Shown here in pieces: positions 1-9,435 of a DNA stretch of 64,000 nucleotides. A program made the position numbers and the translations under genes. This stretch comes from Vicinamibacteria bacterium (GTDB taxonomy: Bacteria > Acidobacteriota > Vicinamibacteria > Marinacidobacterales > Marinacidobacteraceae): positions 3,104,001 through 3,168,000 of the forward strand of contig OY821641.1 of assembly GCA_963555995.3 (NCBI GenBank). Reading direction: 5' to 3'. How positions within the stretch are numbered: position 1 is the stretch's first letter; each line of letters begins with the position of its first letter. The notes under the pieces are model-generated. The model was not told the origin of the DNA, ran no database searches, and worked only from the letters and a program-made list of their open reading frames with translations.

Positions 1-790
1 CCTCGCTGGAGCCGAGGCCCTCGGCGGTCCAGTCGCCGTCGGCCTTGCTGAGCGCGAGGCGTCCGCGCCGGTCCACCTGGAGGGTCCGTTCGTTGATGGT
101 GTAGTCCTCGAGGACGGCCTCGTCCACCCGGTCCCGGTCCATGAGCAGCAGGTCACGCTCGATCCAGTCCCCGAACTGCGCCGAGATGTCCACCCCGAGC
201 TGCGAGACGTAAACGCGCTTCTGGCCCGGGACGCGGACGAAGTAGGACCCCTCGCGGTCCGGTACCTCACGGCCGATGACGAGGTCCGCCAGCACCCGGT
301 CGCCCGAGGCCTTGACCGTCACCCGGCGTCCCCGCCCGATGAGCGAGACCGCCCCCTCGTCCAGCGGGTCCACCACCCCGAGCGCGGGGTGGTCGGCCAC
401 GTTCTCGGAGCGGAAGTCGTCCTTTTCGAGAAGCATGATGCCGGCGGCGGTCTGCGCCAGCCGGTCCTCGCCGTCGGCGGGATAGTCGTGGTGGCTGGGG
501 ATGGTCCAGATCCCGTTCTCGTTCTGCACCCGGAACGGGATCGCTTCGGCGGTCGCCTCGTCGAACTCGATGATCTCGAGCGACATCGCCTCTTCGGGGT
601 CCTCGAAGCTCGGGAAGAAGCGTTCCCCGAGATCCACGAAGTCGCTCGGCTCGGGGTTGCGCGGGGCGCTGACCGCGGCCAGCACGGTGAGCAGCAGCGC
701 CGCCCCCGCGATGGTCTGGGTGCGGCGGAGTTCGGGCCCGCCCGTCTTGCGGGTCTCCGGGGTTGCGGCCGTGTTCGTCGTCTCGCTCAT
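1..790 (-). CDS. DUF4340-domain membrane-anchored protein of Gld-like ABC locus (3' partial)
   Basis: ATG at 790 with GAGAGGAG RBS; reads MSETTNT..TIAGAALLLTVLAAVS..WTIPSHHDYPAD; open to window edge; follows the GldF/G gene. Confidence 0.75.
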   Translation of the reverse strand, partial: MSETTNTAATPETRKTGGPELRRTQTIAGAALLLTVLAAVSAPRNPEPSDFVDLGERFFPSFEDPEEAMSLEIIEFDEATAEAIPFRVQNENGIWTIPSHHDYPADGEDRLAQTAAGIMLLEKDDFRSENVADHPALGVVDPLDEGAVSLIGRGRRVTVKASGDRVLADLVIGREVPDREGSYFVRVPGQKRVYVSQLGVDISAQFGDWIERDLLLMDRDRVDEAVLEDYTINERTLQVDRRGRLALSKADGDWTAEGLGSSE

Positions 791-810
791 GGCTCCTCTC
801 TCCTCACCGG

Positions 811-3528
811 TCACTGCTGGCGGAGACGCCGCGCGGCGGCCGCCCCTTCGACTTCGGCCTTCCGCCGGCGCACGAAGGTCCAGACGCCGAGCAGGAACAC
901 CGGGATCGGCGGCAGCAGCACCGCGGCGGTGCGGATGCCGCTCTGGATGCGGCGGATCTGCGCCTCCATGCGCTCCTCGCTGGCGCGGATCTGCGCGTCC
1001 TTGTCGGCGTTGATGTTCGCCTCCAGCACGCTGAACCGGCGGTTCTCCACCTCCTGGAGGTTGCGGGCCATGATCGCCTTCGCCTGCGCATCGAGGTCGT
1101 CGCGCTCCTCCACCGCCGCGACCCGCCGGTCGAGCCGCTCCTGCGCCTGGCGGAGCGCCTCCTGGGCGCTGGATTCCGCTTCGTCCTCCTCAAGGCTGCG
1201 CTGCTCGGTGAACTCGCGGACCCGGGACTCCACCGCTTCGAGGGTCCGGTGGCGCACCCGGCGGTTCCGGAGCGCCACGAAGGACTCGTCCCCGACGAGC
1301 ATGTCCATGGCGTTCAAGAAGAACGAAACGTTGTCGAAGTTGAGGTTGGGAGGCCCGATCCGGCGCAGCTCGAAGAACTGCTCCGAAATGAAATCGAGGT
1401 CGGCGATCGCGATGACGCGGGTGCTGTCCGCCTCGACCGTCGCGGACGGGTCCTCGTCACCGGTGGCCTCGTCCGATTCGGGGCGGAAGGTGCGCGCCTC
1501 GGCGGCCACCACGTAGTGCATCGGGTCCGGGCGGTGCGGCAGGTTGGGGTTCAACTGCGAGCCCAGGAAGTTCCGCTGCACCATCTGGAAGTAGGGAAGG
1601 ACGCCGGACACGTCCCCGGTGGTGAGGAGCGGCTGGAAATCGGCCACCGCTCCGGGGAGGGGTTCGAAGTACCCGGGATAGATGAGCACCACCTGCTGGA
1701 GCCCGGCGCTGGCCGCCGAAGCGTCGGCGAAGACCTCCGGGTTGCCGTTCCCCTCGCCGAGGAACACGACCTCCGGCGGCAGGTGGCCGAGGTCGGGATG
1801 CGGGTTGTAGGCGTCCCAGACGATCCCGCCGGGGTCCCACGAGATCCCGAGGTTCGCCAGGAAGGACTGGATGTTCCCCTTCGGAGTCGGCGGCGGCTGG
1901 CCCTGCCGCATGAAGGGGTTCTGCGAGGCGCCCGGCGGCTCCGAGGGGGCGAGGCCGATGTTCACCACCGGCAGCGGGTCCACGAGCAGGACCGCCGGGA
2001 CCCCGGTGCGGATGAAGTCGGTGACGTTCGCCATCTCGTCGTCCGCGAGCGTGGACGGCAGCACCACCAGCAGCCCGTCCACCGCCTCGGTGATCATCGC
2101 GTTCGGCTGGATCTGCACCACCTCGTACTGCTTGCGCAGTTCGTCCACCACCGACCATTCCGGCGAGCTCCGCATGGTCTGGAAGTCGAGGCCGCCGAAG
2201 ATCCGGAGCTCCTTGGAGATCACCCCGATCCGCTTCTTGTCGGTGTTCGCCACCACCCGGATGCTGCGGGCGAGCTCGTACTCGACGGGCAGGCCGCGGT
2301 CGAAGAACGGGATCACCTGCTCCTCGGCAGCGCAGGTGAAGGCGACCCCCATGAAGACGTCGCTCACCCCGGTCCGCGCCGAGGTCACGCTGGGGATCTC
2401 CCGCGGCATGATCCCGAACTTCTCGCGGGCCTCGCGGGCGGACTCGGTGAACGGCTCCGTGTCCTCGACGAGCACCTGGACCCGGCCGCCGCTCACCGAC
2501 TCCATCTCGCGGAGCACGCTCATCAGGGTCGCGCGGGTCTGGACGAGCGGTTCGGGGACCTCGGGGCTCAGGTACGCCTGCACGAAGACCGGCCGGTCGT
2601 CGGGCAGCGCCCGCAGCAGCTCGCGGGTCTCGGCGGAAAGCGAATGGAGCCGCTCGGCGGTGGTGTCGAGGCGGAACCCCAGCCGCGAGATGAGCACGAT
2701 GGCGCTCAGCAGCGCCAGCGCCACGGAGACCGCCCGCACCGCGTGGTGGTTGGACATCCGGTAGCCGTCGGCGGCGGCGGGCCAGTGGCGCTTCCCGATG
2801 AGCAGGACGTTCAGGTAGAGGAAGAAACCGGCGACCGCCGCGAAATAGAGCACCGAGGTGAACGGGATCACGCCGCGGCCGAACTCGTCGAAGTGGTGGA
2901 TCGCCGAAACGGGCTCCACCACCCGCGCCAGCCACGGGCTGAAGCTGCCGAGGAAGAGGTCGGGCAGCACCAGCACCCCCGCCGCCACCGCTCCCAGGAT
3001 GAACGCCACCGTGGGGATGGAGGTGAGGAGGGACGCCGCCATGCCGGCCGCCGCGAGCGCCGCGCCGAGCAGCGCGTAGCCGACGTAGTTGGCCAGCAGC
3101 AGGCCCCAGTCGGGGCTTCCGAGGAACATCAGGACCAGCGCGTGGCTGAGCGAGAGCGCCAGCGCCGCGCCGTAGATGCCCAGCACCGCCGTGTACTTGC
3201 CGAGCACGATCTCCAGGTCGGTCGCCGGGAGGGTGAGCAGCAGCTCATCGGTCCCGAGCTTCTTCTCCTCGGCCCACACCGACATGGTGAGCGCAGGGAT
3301 GAAGAAGATCAGGATGTAGGGGAAGAGCCCGTTCAACTGGTCGAGGTTCGCCAGGTTGTTCAGGAAGAAGCGGTCCTGCCAGAAAGCCGCGGCGGCGCTC
3401 AGCAGGATGAAGAGCGTCAGGAAGACGTAGCCCGACGGGTTGGAGAAGTACATACGGAGGTCCCTCCGCATGAGCGCCGCCACCACCGGGCGGCGGACGT
3501 TCGGGATTTCGACCAAGCCGGGCATCAC
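811..3528 (-). CDS. ABC-2 permease (GldF-like) fused to GldG-family auxiliary domain
   Basis: N-terminal TM block with EEKKLGTDELLLTLP; RLDTTAERLHSLS, EYELARSI and C-terminal NxxFFLNAMD plus TM, all GldG-like. Confidence 0.85.
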   Translation of the reverse strand: MMPGLVEIPNVRRPVVAALMRRDLRMYFSNPSGYVFLTLFILLSAAAAFWQDRFFLNNLANLDQLNGLFPYILIFFIPALTMSVWAEEKKLGTDELLLTLPATDLEIVLGKYTAVLGIYGAALALSLSHALVLMFLGSPDWGLLLANYVGYALLGAALAAAGMAASLLTSIPTVAFILGAVAAGVLVLPDLFLGSFSPWLARVVEPVSAIHHFDEFGRGVIPFTSVLYFAAVAGFFLYLNVLLIGKRHWPAAADGYRMSNHHAVRAVSVALALLSAIVLISRLGFRLDTTAERLHSLSAETRELLRALPDDRPVFVQAYLSPEVPEPLVQTRATLMSVLREMESVSGGRVQVLVEDTEPFTESAREAREKFGIMPREIPSVTSARTGVSDVFMGVAFTCAAEEQVIPFFDRGLPVEYELARSIRVVANTDKKRIGVISKELRIFGGLDFQTMRSSPEWSVVDELRKQYEVVQIQPNAMITEAVDGLLVVLPSTLADDEMANVTDFIRTGVPAVLLVDPLPVVNIGLAPSEPPGASQNPFMRQGQPPPTPKGNIQSFLANLGISWDPGGIVWDAYNPHPDLGHLPPEVVFLGEGNGNPEVFADASAASAGLQQVVLIYPGYFEPLPGAVADFQPLLTTGDVSGVLPYFQMVQRNFLGSQLNPNLPHRPDPMHYVVAAEARTFRPESDEATGDEDPSATVEADSTRVIAIADLDFISEQFFELRRIGPPNLNFDNVSFFLNAMDMLVGDESFVALRNRRVRHRTLEAVESRVREFTEQRSLEEDEAESSAQEALRQAQERLDRRVAAVEERDDLDAQAKAIMARNLQEVENRRFSVLEANINADKDAQIRASEERMEAQIRRIQSGIRTAAVLLPPIPVFLLGVWTFVRRRKAEVEGAAAARRLRQQ

Positions 3529-4316
3529 GCGGCCTCCTCGGAGGTGGGCGCCGCCGAGCCGCCCGCCGCGCCGTTCCCGGCCGCTCCGTCGCTCCCACCC
3601 GTTCCGGTGAGTTCATAGAAGCTGTCCTCCATCGAACCGTCGCGCTGGAGGTCCGACGGGACCCCGTCGAACACGAGCCGGCCCCCGTTCACCACGAGCA
3701 CCCGATCCGCCACCGCTTCCACCTCGCGGAGGATGTGGGTGGAGATGAGGACGGTCTTGCCGGCGCCCAGCCGGCGGATGTTCCGGCGGAAGTCCCGGAT
3801 CTGGTTGGGATCGAGGCCCGCCGTCGGCTCGTCCATGATGAGCACGTCGGGGTCGTGGAGCAGCGCCTGCGCCACCCCGACCCGCTGGCGGAAGCCCCGC
3901 GACAGCTTGCCGATGGGCTTTTCCATCACCTCGTCCAGCGCGCAGAGCGCGGCCACTTCCCTGATGCGGGAGGTCAGCCGGCCCGGCGGGATCTCGCGGG
4001 CCTCCCCGAAGAAGCGGAGCAGTTCCGCCGGGGTCATGTCCGGGTAGAGCGGGCCGTTCTCGGGCAGGTAGCCCAGCCGGCGGGTCGCGTCGAGGCGCTG
4101 CCGGTGGACGTCGAGCCCCGCAATCTCGGCAGCGCCCCCGCTGGGGGCGAGATAGCCGGTGAGCATCTTCATCGTGGTGGTCTTCCCGGCGCCGTTCGGC
4201 CCCAGGAAGGCGACGATCTGCCCGCGGGGAATCGCGAAGCGGACGCTCTCGACGGCCACGAAGGGCCCATAGAACTTGCTGAGATCGCGCGCCTCGATCA
4301 TGATCGGTTCGGTCAT
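3525..4316 (-). CDS. ABC transporter ATP-binding protein (GldA-like)
   Basis: Walker A GPNGAGKT, signature LSRGFRQ, Walker B LIMDEP, H-loop STH. Confidence 0.95.
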   Translation of the reverse strand: MTEPIMIEARDLSKFYGPFVAVESVRFAIPRGQIVAFLGPNGAGKTTTMKMLTGYLAPSGGAAEIAGLDVHRQRLDATRRLGYLPENGPLYPDMTPAELLRFFGEAREIPPGRLTSRIREVAALCALDEVMEKPIGKLSRGFRQRVGVAQALLHDPDVLIMDEPTAGLDPNQIRDFRRNIRRLGAGKTVLISTHILREVEAVADRVLVVNGGRLVFDGVPSDLQRDGSMEDSFYELTGTGGSDGAAGNGAAGGSAAPTSEEAA

Positions 4317-4369
4317 TCGGGGTACCTCTGCTCCCTCCTGAAAAGGCGCGGAATTCTAGCCACAGGCGG

Positions 4370-5410
4370 TCAGGCGCCGGTCCCGGCCCCCGCCGCCGCT
4401 TCCTCGGCGATCATCGCCTCCAGTCGTCGCCGGAACCGCAGCGGCCCGGCGTCGATCGGCAGATTGATGTGCGATGAGGCCGCCGTGTCCATGCCGATCT
4501 GCACTTCGTTCAACACGGCGCGATCCTCCTCGAAGGCCTCGCGCACGTCCTCGCTCATCATCTCGCTCAGGTCTTCGTCGCCGGGCCGGATGTTGCGAAG
4601 CTGGAACCAGTAGTAGCGGGTCTCCTTCTCCGTGACGGGGGTCATGAAGTTGTAGCTGTCCATGATGAAGGTGCTGTCGGCCAGCCGTCCCTCGGGTCCG
4701 CCGGTGCCCGCGGGGGTGAAGACCGCCCGGATGAACGCGAGCGACGGGTAGCGGACCTCGTAGTGCTGCAGCCGGTCGCAGTTGCCCTCGAACGCGACGA
4801 TCTTCCGGTAGAAGGGGGCCGGCTCCACGTCCAGCATCCAGCGATGCACGATGACGCCGTCCTCCGTTCCGGTCACCTGGAGGGGAGCGTCCTTCGCGGC
4901 GTCCTGGGCGAAGGACGTCGCATGCACCCAGGCGACGTGGGTCGGGTCGAGCAGGTTGTCGCACACGAACAGATAGTTGCACGCGAGTTCCAGCGCCGGA
5001 CCCCGGTTGATGCCCCAGGCCGGGTCGTCGAAGTTGGGGATGGCGATGATCTTCGCGGGGTCGGCCAGTTCGGGGGCGCCCATCCAGATCCACGCCAGGC
5101 CGTACTTTTCGTGCACCGGGTACGGGCGGACGTTCGCGCCCGGCGGAATGCGCCCGCCGCCCGGCGCCCAGACACAGTGCCCGGAAGCGTCGAAGGTCAG
5201 ACCGTGGTAGCCGCATTCCAGGTTGCCGTCCCGGACCCGGCCCTTCGAGAGCGGCAGCTTCCGGTGCGGGCAGGCGTCTTCGAGCGCCACCACCGCGTCC
5301 TTCCGGGGGCGGTAGAGGCAGATCTTCTCTCCCAGAATCCGGAACGGGCGCGGCTCGTGGTCAATCTCGCTGCTCCAGGCGGCGACGTACCAAGTGTTCC
5401 TGAGAAACAT
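4370..5410 (-). CDS. Rieske non-haem iron oxygenase alpha subunit (VanA/O-demethylase-like)
   Basis: Rieske CPHR..CGYH; mononuclear Fe motif NLLDPTHVAWVH; start MFLRNTWYVAA with GGAGG RBS. Confidence 0.92.
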   Translation of the reverse strand: MFLRNTWYVAAWSSEIDHEPRPFRILGEKICLYRPRKDAVVALEDACPHRKLPLSKGRVRDGNLECGYHGLTFDASGHCVWAPGGGRIPPGANVRPYPVHEKYGLAWIWMGAPELADPAKIIAIPNFDDPAWGINRGPALELACNYLFVCDNLLDPTHVAWVHATSFAQDAAKDAPLQVTGTEDGVIVHRWMLDVEPAPFYRKIVAFEGNCDRLQHYEVRYPSLAFIRAVFTPAGTGGPEGRLADSTFIMDSYNFMTPVTEKETRYYWFQLRNIRPGDEDLSEMMSEDVREAFEEDRAVLNEVQIGMDTAASSHINLPIDAGPLRFRRRLEAMIAEEAAAGAGTGA

Positions 5411-5498
5411 GCGATGCCCTCCACCCGTGCTGCGCGCGGAAGCCAATTCTTAGCAGGCCGCCGCCACGGCGTCCGGGCCCGGACATAGAATGCGGACC

Positions 5499-7286
5499 AT
5501 GCAGAGTCGGCTCCCGGGCCGCCGGATCGCCCGCTTCGGCCTTGTCGCGGGAACCGTCTGGCTGAGCCTCGGGAGCGCCGTACAAGCCGAACCGCGCCGC
5601 CCGCAGGCGGTCGTCCTGGCGCCGGACACCCCGGCCGGCGAGGCGCTCCTCGTCGGCAACCGCACCGGAACCGTCACCGTCCTCCGCACCGGCGATCTCA
5701 CCCTGCTGGGAGAGGCCCCGGCCGGCGGCAACATCACCGACCTGGTGCTGCTTCCGAACGGCGGTTCCCGGGTGCTCGCCGTTGACCACGGCGCGCACGA
5801 ACTTCTCGTGCTCGGTCCCGGCAACGGGGACTGGACCGCTCCCGGCCCCTTCCCGGCCGCCGCCACGGCTCCGCTCCTCGCAGTGGAGGCGGCCGTCCCG
5901 ACCTGCCGCTACCCGATCCGCGCCGTCCGCCGGGACGCGTCGCTGGCGGTCTCCTGTCTCTGGTCGCGGCGGGTGCGGATGTACGACCTCACGGGTCCGG
6001 ACGCGACCGCCGGGGACCTGGGCGCGCCGCGCTGGACCGCCGATCTCCCCTTCGAACCGCAGGAAATGCTGTTCCTCGGCGACGGGAAGCTGCTGGTCGC
6101 GGACGCCTTCGGCGGGGGCCTGGCGATCCTTTCGGCCGCCGGCGGCGAGCTGCTCCGCACGAAGGAACTCACCGGCCACAACCTCCGGGGCCTGACGCTC
6201 CTTCCGGACGGGCGGCTCGGGATCGCGCACCAGGAACTCCACACCGGGATGCACACCACCTCGGACGACATCCGCTGGGGGGTGTTCATCACGAACAGCG
6301 TCAGCCTGATGCCGCTCGACGACCTGGTTTCCGGCAACCCGCGCCTCGGGCGGCGCACCCGGATCATGGATCTCGGCGACGTCCTCACCCCGTCGGGAGA
6401 CCCGGCGGCGATGGTCGTCTCGCCCGAGGGCGAGCTGGTCATCGCGCTGTCCGGGGTCGGGCGGCTCGCCTTCGGCGGCGCCGACGCCCGGCGGATGAGC
6501 CACGCGCGGGTGGGGCGCGGCCCGTCGGCGATCGCCGCCGGCGGGGACGGACTCCTCTACGTGGCCAACACCCGGTCCGACGAGATCTCGGTGGTCTCGC
6601 TCGCCGAGCAGACCGAGGTGGCCCGGGTCCCCCTCGGGCCGGCGGCGCCGCTCACCGCCGCCGAACGCGGGGAACTGCTCTTCCACGACGCGTCGCTCTC
6701 GCTGCGCGGCTGGATGAGTTGCGCGAGCTGCCACACCCAGGGACACACGAACCACCGCCTCTCGGACACGCTGGGCGACGGCACCTACGGCGCGCCCAAG
6801 CGGGTCCTCTCGCTGCTCGGGGTGGCGGACACGAAGCCGTGGGCCTGGGACGGGCAGATCCGCCGGCTCGAGGACCAGGTGGTCAAGTCCGTCCGCACCA
6901 CCCTCCGCGGCCGGCGGCTCGAGGACCGCGAGGTGAGCGACCTCGCCGCCTACCTCCGCACCCTCGAACTCCCGGAGGTCGCCGCGGCGCCGCAGTCGGC
7001 GCTCCTCGCGGCGGGACAGGAAGCGTTCGACCGCTACGCCTGCAACCGGTGCCACACCGCTCCGGCCTACACCTCGCCGGGGGTCCACAACGTGGGCCTG
7101 ACCGACGAACTCGGACGCGACCGGTTCAACCCGCCGTCGCTCCGGGGAGTCCGGTTCCGGCGGGCGCTCCTCCACGACGGCTCCGCCCGGTCCCTCGAAG
7201 AGGTCTTCAAGGTGCATCCGGGCCTCGGCGTCGAGGTCAACCCCGACGACCTCCCCGCCCTCATCGCGTTCCTGCGGACGCTCTAG
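5499..7286 (+). CDS. Secreted YVTN-type beta-propeller plus dihaem cytochrome c (cytochrome c peroxidase-like)
   Basis: Signal peptide; LYVAN propeller repeat; two CxxCH (CASCH, CNRCH); PSLRGV and LLHDG motifs; TAGAAT 7 nt before ATG 5499. Confidence 0.8.
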   Translation: MQSRLPGRRIARFGLVAGTVWLSLGSAVQAEPRRPQAVVLAPDTPAGEALLVGNRTGTVTVLRTGDLTLLGEAPAGGNITDLVLLPNGGSRVLAVDHGAHELLVLGPGNGDWTAPGPFPAAATAPLLAVEAAVPTCRYPIRAVRRDASLAVSCLWSRRVRMYDLTGPDATAGDLGAPRWTADLPFEPQEMLFLGDGKLLVADAFGGGLAILSAAGGELLRTKELTGHNLRGLTLLPDGRLGIAHQELHTGMHTTSDDIRWGVFITNSVSLMPLDDLVSGNPRLGRRTRIMDLGDVLTPSGDPAAMVVSPEGELVIALSGVGRLAFGGADARRMSHARVGRGPSAIAAGGDGLLYVANTRSDEISVVSLAEQTEVARVPLGPAAPLTAAERGELLFHDASLSLRGWMSCASCHTQGHTNHRLSDTLGDGTYGAPKRVLSLLGVADTKPWAWDGQIRRLEDQVVKSVRTTLRGRRLEDREVSDLAAYLRTLELPEVAAAPQSALLAAGQEAFDRYACNRCHTAPAYTSPGVHNVGLTDELGRDRFNPPSLRGVRFRRALLHDGSARSLEEVFKVHPGLGVEVNPDDLPALIAFLRTL

Positions 7287-7290
7287 GCTA

Positions 7291-7497
7291 GGAACGCCGG
7301 TCTCCAGACCGGCACCCGCGGCGCTCCGCGCCGCGCACGTCGTACAGCACCTTCCGGCATGGCCCGCGGGCAGAGCCCACCGGAAGAACCGGCCGCCCGA
7401 TGCTTCGGACCCTCTCGCGTCATCCCGGGGGATGGCGTCCGTCCCGCCGCCCGCCGGCGGCGGGCTGTGCCGGTCTGGAGACCGGCGTTCCAAGCCG
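7291..7497. repeat. Inverted pair of REP-like palindromes
   Basis: GGAACGCCGGTCTCCAGACCGGCA at 7291 and the reverse copy at about 7467-7493, between convergent genes. Confidence 0.8.
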
Positions 7498-7545
7498 GGG
7501 GTGCGGCCGAGGCTCTCGGCGTCCCGCCACGGGTGATGGCGGCGC

Positions 7546-8040
7546 CTACTGCTGGGCTTCGAATTCGGCGGCAGCCGCCGCGGCGCGGGCTTCGAGTTCC
7601 GCTTCCGTGAGGTCCTCGATGTGGGTCGCCAGGCTCCAGCGATGCCCGAAGGGATCCACGACGTTCGACATGCGGTCGCCCCAGAACTGGTCCTCCGGGG
7701 GACGGATCTCGCGGGCGCCTTCCGCCATCGCCTTCGCGTGCACCGCGTCCACGTCCGGCACGTAGAGGTGGATCGTGGTGCTCGTCCCCCCCAGGGTGTC
7801 CGGGGAGACGAAGCCCGCCTCCGCCGGCGGTCCGGGGAACTCCTGCGCCATGTAGATCTGGCTCTCTCCGAAACGGAGCTCCGCGTGCATGACGGCGCCG
7901 CCCTCGCCCTCCATCGAGGAGTCCACGGTGGCGCCGAGCACCTCCTGGTACCAGGCGAGCGCCGCCTGCCCGTCGCGGACGACGAGATACGGGGTGACCG
8001 CGTTCGCGCGGTTCGGGATGTAGTGCGTGGCCTTGGCCAT
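7546..8040 (-). CDS. VOC/glyoxalase family protein (PhnB-like)
   Basis: VTPYLVV..MHAELRFG..DQFWGDR..DPFGHRW; AGGAG RBS before ATG 8040. Confidence 0.9.
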   Translation of the reverse strand: MAKATHYIPNRANAVTPYLVVRDGQAALAWYQEVLGATVDSSMEGEGGAVMHAELRFGESQIYMAQEFPGPPAEAGFVSPDTLGGTSTTIHLYVPDVDAVHAKAMAEGAREIRPPEDQFWGDRMSNVVDPFGHRWSLATHIEDLTEAELEARAAAAAAEFEAQQ

Positions 8041-8178
8041 GACGAGATCGCTGCTCCTTTGCTGTGAGTCCGGAATGGCGCCGTTCTCCTGCCGAACGTC
8101 CGAGCGTCCGGAAGGTTCCATCAAGGTGCGGATTCTGACGGTTGGAGTGCCGGATCGGTTGCCGGAAGGCGGGCGCCG

Positions 8179-9399
8179 CTACGAGCGGTCCCGCCCCGCC
8201 ACCAGCAGCCCCGCGAGCTGCCGGCGGCCGAGCCAGTAGGAGAGGTCGCGCGGGTGGGCGATGTCCCAGATCGCGATGTCGGCGCGCTTCCCCACCTCCA
8301 GCGTGCCGCGGTCGCCCTCGAGGCCCAGCGCCCGCGCGGCGTTCCGGGTCGCGCCGGCGAGACACTCCTCCGGCGTCAGACCGAAGAGGCGGCCGGCGAG
8401 CGCCATCGCCTCGGGCAGCGAGCAGAGCGGTGAGGTACCCGGATTGCAGTCCGTGGCGACCGCGATCGGCGCCCCGTGCCGCCGGAGTTCGGAGACCGGA
8501 GGGCGGCGGTCCTCGTCGAGGGTGACGAACGCGCCGGGCAGGAGCACCGCCACCGTTCCCGAACGCGCCAGCGCCTCAACCCCGGCCGGGGACGAGTACT
8601 CCAGGTGATCGGCGGAGAGCGCCCCGAACCGGGCGGCGAGGTGGGCGCCTCCCGCGTCGCTGAGCTGGTCGGCGTGCGCCTTGACGGGCAGACCCAGTTC
8701 GCGGGCGCGTTCGAAGAGCCGTTCGAGCTGCGCGGCGCTGAACGCGATCCGTTCGCAGAAGGCGTCCACCGCATCCGCGAGGCCGCGGCGCGCCACTTCC
8801 GGCAGCAGATCCTGGACGACGAAGTCCAGATAGCCGTCGGGCCGGTCCCGGAACTCGCGGGGGACGGCGTGCGCGGCGAGCAGCGTCGTGCGCACCGTGA
8901 GCCCGGACGCGCGGCCCAGGCGGCGCGCCACTTCCAGCATCCGGATCTCGGTGTCCAGATCCAGTCCGTACCCGGACTTGATCTCGACGGTGGCGGCCCC
9001 CTCGGCGGCCATCGTCTCCAGGCGGGAGAGCGCGCTTTCGTAGAGCTCTTCCACGGTCGCCGCCCGGGTGGCGCGCACCGTGGCCATGATCCCGCCGCCC
9101 GCCGCCGCCAGCTCCTGGTAACTCGCGCCTCCGAGCCGCGCTTCGAACTCGCCGCCCCGGTCGCCGCCGAAGACGAGGTGGGTATGACAGTCCACCAGCG
9201 CTGGCGTGACCCAGCGTCCTTCGAGCGTACGGACCTCTTCCGCCCGACGGGAGGGAAGGTCCGCTTCCGGCCCGGCCCAGGCGATCTCCCCGTCCCGAAT
9301 CGCGAGCGCCCCGCCCTCGACCGCGCCGTAGGGATCGGGAGCGTCGGCGCGCATCGTCGCGATGCGGGCATCGGTGAGCAGGAGGTCCCAGCGGTCCAT
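8179..9399 (-). CDS. hutI: Imidazolonepropionase
   Basis: PALVDCHTHLVFGG, GGGIMATVRATR, EIKSGYGL, HADQL, ATDCNPG; true start MDRWDLLL inside the long ORF. Confidence 0.95.
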   Translation of the reverse strand: MDRWDLLLTDARIATMRADAPDPYGAVEGGALAIRDGEIAWAGPEADLPSRRAEEVRTLEGRWVTPALVDCHTHLVFGGDRGGEFEARLGGASYQELAAAGGGIMATVRATRAATVEELYESALSRLETMAAEGAATVEIKSGYGLDLDTEIRMLEVARRLGRASGLTVRTTLLAAHAVPREFRDRPDGYLDFVVQDLLPEVARRGLADAVDAFCERIAFSAAQLERLFERARELGLPVKAHADQLSDAGGAHLAARFGALSADHLEYSSPAGVEALARSGTVAVLLPGAFVTLDEDRRPPVSELRRHGAPIAVATDCNPGTSPLCSLPEAMALAGRLFGLTPEECLAGATRNAARALGLEGDRGTLEVGKRADIAIWDIAHPRDLSYWLGRRQLAGLLVAGRDRS

Positions 9400-9435
9400 G
9401 CACCCCAAGATAGCGTGTGCGAAGCTTCGGGAGCG

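Noticed and set aside
763-3618. Long antisense or alternate-frame ORFs (also 27389-30895, 39696-42749, 48348-51455, 57729-60362)
   Set aside because: Shadows of real genes caused by stop-codon scarcity at high GC; Arg/Gly/Pro-rich with no family motifs
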